DNA of 64,000 nucleotides from Massalongia carnosa (taxonomy: Eukaryota). The stretch covers positions 558,001 to 622,000 of the forward strand of contig OZ287082.1 of NCBI GenBank assembly GCA_965645245.1, given 5' to 3'. Below the pieces are notes generated by a model. That model searched no databases. It saw nothing but the letters and a program-made list of their open reading frames with translations, and was not told where the DNA came from. Shown here piece by piece: positions 51,446 to 63,898 of this stretch (its first letter is position 1; the number at the start of each line of letters is the position of its first letter). The position numbers and the translations under genes were made by a program.

Positions 51446-51700
51446 TCATCTGTGTCCCATGTCAAACTGATGCTGAGGGATCCGACCTGTAAGTCTGAGG
51501 CTACAGCTATCGATCTGCTTAAACCAACGATCTGTGAGCGCATCTTTCATGGAAATGCGTTTCACCGGATCTGGATGTATTATTCGCAAGGCTAAGCTTT
51601 TTAGCACTGGATTTTTGAGATTGACAAACACCGGATCACAGTTGGGGAGCTCGAAGCCCGATGATGAGTCCGTCGGGATACGTGACCGTGAACTTCTCAC
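51446..51700 (-). pseudogene. Ser/Thr protein kinase C-terminal fragment (subdomain XI)
   Basis: LKSLALRIIHPDPVKRISMKDALTDRWF; no catalytic motifs seen upstream. Confidence 0.6.
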
Positions 51701-52591
51701 AGCAAAACTTGCTAGGTCTCAGGCCGAATGAAAGATTAGGCACGGGTTACCAGCCTACCTAATGATGATCTCTTGATTCACAGTCAAAATAATTCCAAGA
51801 GTTATCCTTAGAACTTTGGCCTCTGAGGCTTAAAGTTTAGGTGTATTGACTCTGATTCATTAGGACCGTAAGACATGAGCTTCTTGATATCAGAGTTGAT
51901 CTTGGATTCACTCGTTTGAAGAGGTCCTTGTCGCTTCCCGAGATCTCAGTACTACTATTTGAGACCGAGTTCTTTCAATTCGATTCATCCTTGTTCTTTT
52001 CTTTCTCGTCTTCGATAACGCTTTCTGGCACATCTTCATTCCGGCCTTCACTTTGTCTGCAGCCGCAGGAGCCTTATTGAGCGAGGTCTCATTTTCAAGA
52101 AGCCGTTGAAAGGCAACTCTCGATTGACTTTCTTCTGCAGCCACTTTAAGCTCTATCTCGGCGTTTCTAGGTTCTTGAAAGAAAAGTCGAGAGATTGACC
52201 CTGAAGGATCTGATTGTCTCACCGCTTCTATTTTAAAATTTCAGCTATATTGACAATCGCAGTTAAAATTTCTTGTTTCTTAAACTTGAGAGTAATTCGG
52301 CAATGTAATTATTGAGAAGAGCTTCACTTATTAATCGCGCGATAGTCACATTCAACTCTTTCAGGGGCTTTTCCGCGAAAAGGATTTCATGAGCCTTGAT
52401 AAATATTGTCTAGTTCATGTGACCTCGTATTGCTTCTATTTCTAAGGTTGGCGGAAACACAGCGATCTGCACCTCGCTGGCGCCGTCACTCTCGCCGGCG
52501 CCTCTACCTAGCGCCCCCTTTCTGGCCTTGGTGCAGATCGCGGTGGATACTCCCAAGCCCAAGATGGAAACGGCTCGCGCGGCGATGCTGT

Positions 52592-53623
52592 TCAGGAGGC
52601 TGTGGGAGGGTGTTGAAAACGGCGTGAGGTGGCTAAGATGTGGGATTGATGCGTTTGGATATAAAGCTTGTAGGAGTCTGACTTCCACCGGCCTAGTAAT
52701 TGAATGTCGTTCTCGCTAAGACCGGCTTCCTTGGCCGACGTCGCTGCACCTCTTCGGAAAGAGTGACCTGAATAATTACCTGATATGCCTAATCTCTTAA
52801 GGCCTGATCGCATCGCGGTAGTCAAATATTCGCGTGTGAAAGCCTTTTGTTTATAGAATAGAGGGGAGGATGCAGGTAGTGGAAACCGGGTGATCAAATT
52901 ACGAAGGGATTTTACCGCGCAGGCCTCGTCCCCTGATGCGGCTATCGTTAGCGTAATGCCTCGACGAAAGGGGTCGGTTTTGGACGCCGGCAAGGAGAGG
53001 AACAGCTTATCTGCTTCTAAGTGGACGGATTTCCTAGTTAAATGCCATGATTCGAAGCTTGGGTCTGTTAGGTCTCTGATAGTGTACGTAAATTTGCCTG
53101 CGCGAAGAAATCCTGCGAATGCCAGACAGTATGCTGCGTGTAGAGTGGCCTGCGCGTTGTCGGCTAAGTCCAATCGTTTCACTAATCGAAGGAGTATGTT
53201 TTTCGTAATGGGCATTCGCTCTTTCTTGTCGGCTTCGCCATTCTTTCGCTTTATGCCTGCAATGATTCTATTTAGTACGGGATGGTGAAACGTTTCTAGA
53301 TCCTCAAAGCCCGTGTCGATTTGGCTAGACCGAACTCCGGCTAGATAGGCCTTAATGGTTTTGGGCTGTATTTTGTGTTCTCCTAGCATCGCTATCCAAG
53401 ATGACAAGGTCTGTATGGTTGCCGGAAATGGAGTCGCGTTCATTGATATTCTGCAGTGTGTTACATAGCTTCTTCTCCCTGTGTCATACAGATTGCGGGT
53501 TTTGACTGCCAAGCCCCACCACAGGTATCTAGCTGCTGGTCGGGATAGAGGTATTTCGCTATACCAGCTTTCGGGAGGTTCGCGTGCTAGGATTTGAGTA
53601 GAGGTTCCTGTAAATTGGGCCAT
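52592..53623 (-). CDS. Tyrosine recombinase of a DIRS/Ngaro-like element
   Basis: FAGFLRAG (R), ASKTD (K), SGHSFRRGAAT (HxxR), LLGRWKSDSYKLYI (W, Y); 343 aa open. Confidence 0.92.
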   Translation of the reverse strand: MAQFTGTSTQILAREPPESWYSEIPLSRPAARYLWWGLAVKTRNLYDTGRRSYVTHCRISMNATPFPATIQTLSSWIAMLGEHKIQPKTIKAYLAGVRSSQIDTGFEDLETFHHPVLNRIIAGIKRKNGEADKKERMPITKNILLRLVKRLDLADNAQATLHAAYCLAFAGFLRAGKFTYTIRDLTDPSFESWHLTRKSVHLEADKLFLSLPASKTDPFRRGITLTIAASGDEACAVKSLRNLITRFPLPASSPLFYKQKAFTREYLTTAMRSGLKRLGISGNYSGHSFRRGAATSAKEAGLSENDIQLLGRWKSDSYKLYIQTHQSHILATSRRFQHPPTAS

Positions 53624-54268
53624 TTGTTAGCGATTTTCTCCAATTTGCTCCGTGATAGGAGGTCAGCGAGCTCATTTGACTTTGTTGGGATCCAACGTAT
53701 TTCAATCCGAATATCATGAATAGCGGTCAGCATTGCGATTGCCCGAAGGGGCCGCATAGCGTTTCCACGAATAGATGATTTCCTTATTCCTGACGTGACA
53801 GCAAAGTTGTCACAGTGGAAAATCACATGGCTCCCTGCACAAAGGGGGAGCCATTTACGCAAAGCGTGTAATATCGCTGTCATTTCTTTGACATTGATGT
53901 GAGTTGGCCTAAGCCGAGACGTGAAACGTTCAGAAAGTGCATGCTCAGCGGGCATGGTAAAACTGGTATGATCCTCCACTAGGATGTAGGCCCCAATGCC
54001 GTACCCTGATGCGTCCGTCCAAAGACGAAATGTCTCGCGAGGACGGTCTAACATGCGAATGCCATTCCATTTAGGTAAAAAAAGATGCCACCACTGCAGG
54101 TCGGCTTTGATATTCTCGTTAATATGAATATGACGCCCACGAGACATGGCTTTTGCGTTAAAAAGACGTCGGAGGAAAGCTCTCCCTGGCACTACCACTT
54201 TAGGTGCGAATGACAAAAATCCCAACAAGGAGTCTAATTCCTCCCTATTAAAGCTTGATTTATTGATC
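53587..54268 (-). CDS. RT thumb and RNase H of a DIRS-like element (5' partial)
   Basis: LLGFLSF..VVPGRAFLRRL, DLQWW, TDASG, HINVKEM, HCDN, WIPTKSNELADLLSR. Confidence 0.88.
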
Positions 54269-56922
54269 TAAGCTCTTGGTGATTGGAGAATGATTTACGT
54301 TTTAGATAGACACTTGGAATTGAGGTGATGATTGCTTGCATTGAAAGGATTTTGCACCCATTCTCTCAGTTACTAGAATGTTGGGATTCGGTTAATAGAT
54401 TACCGTATCCGAGCTACATATCGCTTACTGCTTGACCACTAAACTGGCTGACACATCCCCTTGATGAAGATTTTCTCCTTCAGTGGAATCTTCATCATTT
54501 CCTTTCTTATATCCTAGGCCTAATAGCCTGATGAATTGCTTTTGACGTTGGGGGGGTAATGACTTTGTTAGTCCATCAGCTAGAATGTTATTTGTTGAAA
54601 CCCATTCTATACCGATTTTCCCCCTAGATATTTCCTGGCGGAGCCAATGCTTGTGAAATCCACATGCCTAAGCTTGGTAATAAGGCGGTTAGTGGTTAGG
54701 GCTCGAATGGTTTGACGGTTATCGCATTGAATACTAGTTGGATGATCGAGGTGGAAATTTATTGATTGAAAAAAGCGAGTCCACCATATCAGTTCTTTCC
54801 CTGCGGCTGATATAGCTATCAATTCGGCCTCGGTTGAGCTAGTTGTGACTGTGCGCTGCTTATAAGCCTTCCAATCGATCATTCCATTGAATAGTTTGAA
54901 TGCATAGCCTTAAGAGCTATATCTAGTGCTTGAATCATCTGCGAAGGATGCATCGCTACTAGCCAAGAATATCTCTCGTGAATAAGTAGCCTGTGTGTTA
55001 AATACAATTGCTAGATGCTTAGTATGGGCTAGATATTTGAGGGTACGATTGACGCATTCCATATGGTGTTTGGATGGGTTGGTAAGAAATTCCGATAATT
55101 TGGAAGCTGCTTGGGCCACATCGAGCCTAGTGATGACTGCGGCAAAATTCAATGATCCTACCCGCTGTTGATAGGAGTGAATTTCTTGAGCTGTTGCTAT
55201 GGAATTATTTTTGGTTAATTCTTCTAGTTGTAGTGGTGATTGTGTTGAACGCTTGGTGAGGTCCAAGTTGATGTTGAACTTGGCTATTAGCTTGTCAATG
55301 TATAAATCTTGGCATAGCCATAGCTGACGAATATTCCTATCCCTGATGAAGTGAATTCCTAGAAACCTTTCCAATTGGCCCAAGTATCGCATCTCGTACT
55401 TCTGAAATAGTAGAGCTTGAAACTGATCCACTTGATTGGTGTAGCGGCGATCATATAATATGACGATATCATCCACGAAGAAGAATAGCAAGATATGGGT
55501 ATCTTGACTAATTAAAAGGCAGTCCACCCCCGGGACGGGTTCAAGATTCATCTCGATTCGGACTTTTGATAGATTTTGATACCATAGGGCCGGTGATTGC
55601 TCGAGACCGTATAATGCTCGCAATAGGAGTAGTAGAATATTGACTTTTTCTGATCCAGGCTACCCCTCGGGCAATTTACAATAGGTAGGTTCATCAATAG
55701 GACTATTTGCAAATGCATTGACAGCGTCGTATTGGCGTGTTTCAAGGTCAAATGCGGCTAGTATAGCCATTAGCGCTCTAAAAATCCGTGCGGCCAAGGT
55801 AGCTGTAAAGGTATCTTGCTCGGTACGTTGAAGATCACCCCTAGCACATAGTCTTGATTTATATTTGACTAAATACCCCTTTTCATCGAGTTTGTACTTG
55901 AACACCCACATGGTTGGAATATGTGTTTTCCCTGCTATTGTTGCTGCATTGATGTTGACCTCGGTCCAGGTGTTCTTTGAAACAAGCGCCTGAATTTCTA
56001 TCTGCATGGCTAATTTGAAGCCCTCTGCATGCGGATACTTTAGCATTTGACGATAGTTCTCAGGTTCAATAGGTAAGCTATCTCTATGAAAGCGAGTGCT
56101 TTGAGTCGGGGTATAGTCCTTTTTAGGCTCTTGATTGGAAATGTAGTAGGAACTTGCCATGATATTGGCCGAGAATGTAGCGTGATATGAATTCAACTCG
56201 CCATTCTTGGCTTGTGCTAAGGCGGTTGAATAGGCTTCATAGCGTCTATTGCGATTGCGACTTCTTCCCATCCCCTCAGGTAAGATATTATCCGTATCGA
56301 GACTTGAATTGATATCCCTTGATGCTTTTCTAGACTTGTTACTCTATGCGGTGATTGATTCTGATGGATTTGAACCATGAATTGATGGGTTTGGGCTTGA
56401 TGAGCTGGTAATGGAGGGGCTCGGTGTAAATAGGTAAGTGTCGTCTGATAAAATTTCGGCAGCATTTCCGTATCAAGAATTTTTGTCCAGAATTATTTCC
56501 TCCGTATTTTCTTCCATACCTTGTATGTTTTCCCTCATGCCGATTCCACTTTCCTCCTCTTCATCATCCGATCCTATTTCGGTGATAAGAGTGATGGGAT
56601 CCAGATCATGAAGCTCATAGGTAATTTCAAGCATAGGTTCGTTGACAGCTTGTAGTAGGTCAATATCGTGTGCATCATAGTAGGTGTTCTCATTAAACAT
56701 CACATCTCTCGTACGAATTACTTTTCTTTGACTTGGTATCCATACTCGAAAGATATTTCTGGCTTCATACCCTACTAGATGACCGATATGTGCTCGTTCT
56801 TGAAGTTTTTGCTTCTTTGGTATCTACTTGTTTAGTGTGTCCGCTTTGCATCCATAGTGGTGGAGAAGGCTGAGATCGGGCGGGTTTCCTATGACTAGCT
56901 CATAATGTATTTTCCATTGGTG
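54269..56922 (-). mobile_element. Second Copia family: 3' LTR, RNase H, RT and integrase C-terminus; 5' half missing
   Basis: LTR about 54269-54453 with adjacent PPT. KSRLCARGDLQ, FFVDD, SDASFAD, SSTEAE, KLRHVD. Multiple stops. Confidence 0.88.
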
Positions 56923-57099
56923 TGTCAGGACAGCTTCCTACAAGACATGAAGCGGTCGCACACTTCTGCAGGTGGTGCGCGGGAAGACACCCATGCGATA
57001 GTCTCAACCGGTCCAATCATGTAATAGTAATTAGTTTGACTAACGTGGCCTGATCAAGGTGGGGCTATCCCTCTCGCTGTCATTGTAGCACCCCCCCCC
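56923..57099 (-). mobile_element. 3' LTR (~168 bp) plus poly-G PPT of an otherwise missing LTR element
   Basis: TG...CA segment 56923-57090 followed by C9 on the plus strand; interrupts the Copia integrase. Confidence 0.65.
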
Positions 57100-57130
57100 A
57101 AGCTAAACCATTGTTGGTTAGAAAGTGCTA

Positions 57131-59890
57131 AACCTCAAAATTTTGACCAATCAATGTTATTCCTATTCACAAGAAGTTCATTTTCATATGTACGGAGTAT
57201 CAGATACCTATTTACTCGTCCCCTATCATATGAATAGCTTCCCAACAGCTGGCTTTCTTACAGCAGGGCTTGATTGGATTGCATCCTCCACAAGCCCATA
57301 TAGTCTGAGCACCCCTTCGCCTTCTTTTTCGCACATCGACACTTATTTCAGCCAGTGGCTCTCCCTTCCGCTTTGAAGGTCGTTTTTTCTCGGCGTTACA
57401 TTACACACATCTTTTTCTGCCTTCAAGACAAACGTAATGATGAATGGGAGATGGTACTAAAGCATCAATCGCGGTATTGATACTTATCTTTGATGAGCCG
57501 GGCCTGATGCCCGGTTGATTTGATATCAGTTCAAGAGCAATCCGACGAAGAAATTAAGAACGAGTAAATTTTATCTCCTCGGAATCGAAAGAGTTCAGCG
57601 AGTAAAGTTTATAGGCATTCAATCCGGCTGCATCTAAAATAAAAATGAACAAAGGCCACCAGTAACGATCCGTTCGACGATTGTATGAGTAAATCGCTCA
57701 TTGCTGAGCGATTCCATCCGATCCCCCCATATGAAGATTATATTCTTTGATTGGGGCTGGTATCGGTAATCCTAAGGGCCGTTGAACCTCTTGATTGAGC
57801 AAGGGAATGGAGTGAGCCAGAGTTGGTGGGAAATACGGTACAATAGGTTGAAGAGAGGTCTCGGGAATTCCATATCTCTTGTGCGGATTTATATAGTGCA
57901 TTTCGTACAAGTCCTGAGGAGAATGACCGGTGGTCATGTACTGCACACCATTATTATCCACCCAGCCCAAACAAAGCACCTCATCGTCGACCACCATATG
58001 GGCCTGAAGACCCCAGTCTTTTCCTTTTGAAGTGACGTCCCGTATGGCCAACAATTCTTCTGGAAAGCCCGAGCCCTTTTTAGCAGTTCCACTGGCAGCT
58101 ATTCCGATTGATCGAAGTGCCTTGAATAATTTCGTACTAGTAAAGAAATTATCACAGAAAAGATGATAATTCAGTGAGGATGGAAGTTCTTTACATAACT
58201 GAATCACTAGTAAAGCACTAGGAGTTAGTTTATCTTTTGGCAAAAATCCCAATTGTCTGACGGTTATCAATTCACTTATTCTGCTACTTTCGAGGCAAAC
58301 ATAAATGACAACAGATAATTATCCTGACAGAGACTGTAGATTTTGAATCCTTTACGGGCACTTTTTGTAGTAATCTGCAAGGTATGTCGAGAACGGCCCT
58401 TGAATATCACCAGCTGTTCATCTATAGATATCATACTTCCTGGTCTGCAATGTTTTAATGAAGTCTTTCGGAAATCAGTAGCCAACGGTTCCAGTTTCTT
58501 CCACCAATCAGGTCCTTGACCAAGTCCGATAGGCTCAGTCCGTCCATTATTGATTTTCAAAAATCGTTTGATTTGTTGAAATCGACCAAGCGACATCGCG
58601 GACAGAATAGGCATGATGACTGGTTTGTCAGGACGTTGATTCCAATAATCCTCTGTAGCAGGTAGATGATCGAGTCCCATAAAAATTATTATGCCTAAAA
58701 AAACCTCAATTTCCAAGTCAGTAGTGTCAGTCCAAACCCGATAATTGTTCTCCTTCTCCTTTTCCATGTAGTTATATGCCTTGTGGTGCAGCTTCGGTGT
58801 TATCACAATAGATCCAAAGATCTATCATTTTGAGACAATCTCGCATGGCTCGCTTCCATGCTGGAAAACCCTCGTGGTCCACTAGCTTAGGGATCCTATC
58901 AATAGCGCTATAGGACCCCGATCCAGAGATTTTTTCACTCATGATGGAAAGGGTTTATTGGAAGAGCTTGATGGATTGTCCTTGTTAACGGACTGGCTTG
59001 AACTGGTGTTTGGTTTTACCGGATTCCGACGGAGTGCTATTATAAGTGCTTAGTGACTTGGTTCTGGCTCTTAGATCGAAAGGATCACAGTCGCTGGGCG
59101 GTTCTAGGTCCGATTTTGATGTGGACTAACCGGGAGCGACTGGAGGCTCAGGGATGATGGTACAAAGCAATCCAATTTTGATTGATCTGAGTTATCCTCT
59201 AAGAGAAAAGCAACGATTTCCGCACTAGCCGCCTGTAATGTATGTTGTGAATCCCGTTCAAGCCTTGTTGCCGGCCTATTATTTGGTTGAGGCTCTGAGA
59301 GTCATTGGATCTCGGCAAGAGTGCCACGTAGGAATGGGTCAGTGATTGATATAATAGATCTAAATGCAGAAGCAGATGCAGGTGCAAAGATAGATTTGGG
59401 GCGATTAGTTGTGCCTTTGGGGTTGATAAATGGAGAGCATTTTTTGTTGCTCGAAGCCATAATCCTGCAGTCTAATAACTGATACGCAGATGCTGACTAT
59501 GAATAGAGGGCAAAATCGATTACAGGGAGATTTGGTTTCATCCCAATGGATGTCACATTCCCGGTTTTTTGTTGGGAACGGAGATCATCCGAGACATCTA
59601 GATGTCACATTCCCGATTTTTTGTTGGGAATGTAGATAATCCGAGACATCGAAGTGAATGTCACATTTCCGGTTTTTTATTGGAAATGTAGATCATCCTA
59701 GACACCTGGATGTCACATTTCCGATTTTTTGTTGGGAATGTAGATCATCCGAGACATCAAAGTGAAGTGGATGTCACATTCCCGGTTTTTTATTGGGAAC
59801 GTAGATCATCCGAGACATCTGGATGTCACATTCCCGGTTTTTTGTGGGGAATATAGATCATCCGAGACATCGAAACGAAGTGCAAGGAGG
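57131..59890 (-). mobile_element. piggyBac-like transposon, decayed
   Basis: DDE_Tnp_1_7 motifs: SIDEQLVIFKGRS, GFKIYSLC, CDNFFTS, WVDNNGV, YNLHMGGSD. Cys-rich remnant near 57250-57420. Ends uncertain; no TTAA pair found. Confidence 0.85.
59549..59871. repeat. Six palindromic 51-61-bp tandem units upstream of the piggyBac ORF
   Basis: Unit GATGTCACATTCCCGGTTTTTTGTTGGGAATGTAGATCATCCGAGACATC. Confidence 0.93.
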
Positions 59891-60309
59891 TTCCTGTTAA
59901 AATATTTGTTAGCGTTCGTTTAGTAAGGCGCAAAGAAGAAGCCGGGCGCCCGATAGTAGTGCTTAGCCATCTCAAACACTGCCGACTGTTTTATGTGTCG
60001 ATTTGTGTCGGATTTTTTTGTAGGAGATTATTCGCGACGGTAAGGAGGCTTGTGTTAGGGTAGGTAAAGTAAGACAAGCAAACACATGTAAAGAGGCGCC
60101 CTGCGGCCGGGCTCATAACCTATCAAAAGGTAGTATAGTAGATAGAGGATAGAACGCTTGCTATTGTTCTATATAGTGGGAATAGCTAGATTTATAGACA
60201 ATGTACGGTATGCTAGTATTAGAGTAGCGATACTTCTAGCCATTAGCGTGCGCCATACTCATGCGGTAGAAGGTGAGTGCGGCTGAAATGAAGTAGCCTG
60301 ATTTGTACA
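59891..60309 (-). mobile_element. 5' LTR (60121-60309), PBS and leader of a third Copia-type family
   Basis: Minus strand TGTAC...TGATA immediately followed by GGTTATGAGCCC. Sequence differs from the LTRs at 54269 and 56923. Confidence 0.8.
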
Positions 60310-62913
60310 TTCTAATAGACTAGCCTACTTCGGCGAAATTCGAATTTACTAGATATCGAACATATGGGCGGACGCAAAAATCATTCTGCAATTGACGCAG
60401 TAATAAACTTTGTTCATGATATCGAAATTGCAAATCGAAATAAAAACGTCTTATCATGTTTATTACTCGATGTCAAAGGCGCATTTGACTTTATCTCGAT
60501 TAATCAACTGTTTAATGTCATGAAAAAGCTGAAATTATCTCGCATAATAATTCAATGGGTCAAGCATTTCATGACAAAACGATCGATCAATTTGATATTC
60601 AATGAAAACAAAAGCAAAACATATTATGTCGAATCAGGAATTCCACAAGGCTCACCAATCTCGTCTATTCTATTTCTGATATAAATTCTTCACTTGTTTC
60701 CGAAAATACGAATGAAATTAAATGCACATTATCCTAGTTTTATTGACGATTTTGAAATATATGTCGAAAATAAAACTGCAATACAGAATTGCAAAGAAAT
60801 CGAAATCATAGTCAAAACAGCCTTTGATTGGGCCGCATCGAATAATGTCAAATTTGTTGACGATTAATCCGAGCTGATTCACTTCGAAAAGAAAAGAAAA
60901 GTATCGAAAGATACATTGGAATTACCAAACGGGACAGTACTAGAACCGAAAAATGTAATCAAATGGTTAGGCGTCTGGCTAGACCATAAACTAAATTTCA
61001 AAAAACACGTCGAAAGGCGAATCTCTTCTGCGAACCGATCGTTTTTTGCAATTCAGAATTTGATGAAATCCGAATGGGGTCTAAATCCGACCGCATGCAG
61101 AAAGCTCTATTTGTCATGCATTATTCCTATCTCGGACTACGGTTCAGAAATTTGGTATAATGGTAAAAAGAAATATGAAAAACTATTTCAGAACCTTCAA
61201 AATCGAATGATTCGAAAGATTTTAGGAACTTTCAAAACCACACATATTCAGGCGATGGAAATTAAATCACTTGTTTTACTAGTCAAACTTCGATTATCAA
61301 TAAAAAATCAAAAATACACAATTCGGTTATTGAAGATTGCCGAAAATAACCCCATATGTCAAAGAACTCCAAATACATATTCGATAAAATTCGAAAACAT
61401 CGGTTTTGACACTAATTTATAGAACAACAAATATGCCGAATGGAACGAAGAAGAAAAACAAACAAATAAACGACATTCTAGTCAGCTTTGTCGCGTTCTT
61501 CATTCCTTTTCCGAAATAGTTCACAAAACTGATGAATTTGAAAAATCAAATCATTTTATTAAACCTTGGAAATCGTTTTGCAAAATTGAATTTTAAATCG
61601 AAAATACAAAAGAATCTGCTAAATCAAGTTATTATTCGAACTTATTCAAAATCCAATCAATGAACTCCAATAAATCCCGAGTTTTACTTTACACGGATGG
61701 ACCGAAAATCGAATTTGCAACGTCTGCAGTCACATTTGCACCAATTAGGCGGAATTGGAGTAGTATTATCAATAATTTTGATCTATTTATCGAAAAAAGA
61801 TTGTCTGATCAAGTATCATATGATTTAGAAAAGCTGGAAATTAAGCAAACAGTCAAGCATTAAAAATGCTGAACTGCATGCGATTTTAAAAACAATGAAA
61901 TGGGTCTATAAATTGTCGAATACTAATATTTTATCGAAATTAGAAAAAACGATTTGGATTTTTTCTTAATAGTATAAACGCTATAAACGAAATTCAAAAC
62001 TTGACAAATTATATTTTCGCAAAACATATTCGAAATCTCGCAAAATGTTTATTTGAAATCAATTATCACATTATTTTGCAATGGGTTCCGAATCATTCAA
62101 AAATTACCGGAAACGAAATTGCGGACAAAACAGCAAAGACGGGCCATAATCGAATCCCAGTCGAGTCCTTGGCGATAACATTTAATTATGTAAAAGAACA
62201 ACTAAATCAAAATATGCAAACCGCATGGACTAATCAATGGCAATAATGCAAATCGAAAGGCAAATACGAGAAATTCGAAATGAAGCCTGGCATATCGAGA
62301 TTCTATTATTTATCAAACAACTGTTCCACATTGATATTTACTACTATTATAAAAATTTAAAATTCTGACACGGCTATTTTCGATCATATTAACATCTATT
62401 GAAAGATTATAACTCGTCAAAATGCTCAAATCGATGAAATCAACGACAAACGCCAGAACACTTGTTATTGAATTGCAGTCACTATTTTGATGAAATTCAA
62501 CACATGAAACAAACTGTCGATACTATGATCAATTTGAATATGTTGTTTAATACAAAAATCGGAAATGATATTTTGATTAAATTCATTGTCAATTACAAAA
62601 TCGCGACTAGAAAATGGATACTAGGACAGCTTGATGACGAAATTGTCGAAACTGGAGGTTGGGGAGAGATCGAACAGTAAAATCGGAAATGATTCGTGCT
62701 GAAATATTTACGAACTTACAAAGATAAATTTTAAAATCGATTATTATTCTATTACTATAGGTTGTTACTAAAACGGAGTAAAAACGGGAAAAAATTGACG
62801 ATACATAGATGGGTTATAAAGGGTTGATTTAATTGTATTATAGAAACATATCCTAAAATAGTTTAGTGTCATAACCTTAGGTTGAATACACTCAATGAAT
62901 AAATAAAAAAAAA
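60310..62913 (+). mobile_element. AT-rich LINE copy 2 (RT, RNase H, 3' UTR, poly-A)
   Basis: LLDVKGAFD, GIPQGSPIS, KWLGVWLD, LLYTDG, LQWVPNHSKITGNEIAD; A-tail at 62901-62913. Confidence 0.9.
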
Positions 62914-62914
62914 T

Positions 62915-62962
62915 AACAATAACAAGTTTTCTGTCCTCTATCTACTATACTACCATTTGATA
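62915..62962 (+). mobile_element. LTR 3'-end fragment of the 60121-60309 family, opposite orientation
   Basis: Close match to the reverse complement of 60121-60168. Confidence 0.8.
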
Positions 62963-63898
62963 GTTGCAATATATGTCGAAAACAAAACTGCAAAACAGAA
63001 TTGTAAAGAAATTGAAATCATAGTTAAAACAGAATTTGATTGGGCCGCATCGAATACAATCAAATTTGTTGACGATAAATCCGAACTAATTCACTTCGAA
63101 AAGACAAGAAACGCATCGAAAGACAAACTGCAATTACCAAACGGAATCATACTAGAACCGCAAAATGTAGTCAAATGGTTGGGAATCTGGCTAGATCGAA
63201 AACTGAATTACAAAAAACATGTCGAAACTCGAACTTCATCTGCAAATCGGTCGTTCTTTGCGATTCATAATTTGATGAACTCAGAATGGGATCTAAAACA
63301 GATTGCATGCAGACAGCTTTATTTGTCATGCATCGTTCCTATTTCAGATTATAGTTCAGAAATTTGGTACAGTGGTCAAAAGAATAGGAAAAACTATTTC
63401 AGAATTTGAAAAATAGGATGAGACGAAAGATTTTAGGAACATTCAAAACTACACCTGTTCAGGTGATAGAACTTGAATCACATTTTTTACCAGTCAGACT
63501 ACAATTATTGATAAAAAATAAAAAGTATGCTATTCGATTATTTAAGATTGCCGAAAATAATCCCATTTGTCAAAGAATTCCAAATACATATTCATTGAAA
63601 TTCCAAAACATCTGTTTTAATACTAGCTTAGGGAACAACAAATATGCCGAATGGAACGAAGACGAAAAACAAACAAATAAACGATATCCTTGTCAGCTTA
63701 TTTGCGTTCTGCACTCCGTTTCGGACATAGTTCACAAAACAAATGAATTAGAACAATCAAATAACTTTATAAAAGCATTGAAATCGTCGTGTAAAATCGA
63801 ATTTCAAAATGAAAAGTCAAAAGAAACAGCAAAATCGACTTATTATTCGACTTGGTCAAAAATTCAATCTATGTATTCCGATATATCACGAATATAAC
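62963..63898 (+). mobile_element. AT-rich LINE copy 3, RT C-terminal fragment
   Basis: Paralogous to 36470-37290 and 60750-61680. Confidence 0.88.

Larger units (their letters stand above)
52400..54268 (-). mobile_element. Tyrosine-recombinase retrotransposon (DIRS order, Ngaro-like); 5' part cut off at the Copia junction
   Basis: End of RT plus DIRS-type RNase H, overlapping an intact YR ORF. 3' boundary approximate. Confidence 0.88.

Noticed and set aside
51655..51695. Hammerhead ribozyme (GATGAGTCCGT)
   Set aside because: Lacks the CUGA start and the GAAA core; it is the antisense of the kinase fragment.
52592..53623. Starship captain, Crypton or phage integrase
   Set aside because: Short intronless YR overlapping a DIRS-type RNase H ORF fits a YR retrotransposon.
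59549..59871. CRISPR-like array
   Set aside because: Units are contiguous with no unique spacers, there are no cas genes, and the context is eukaryotic.
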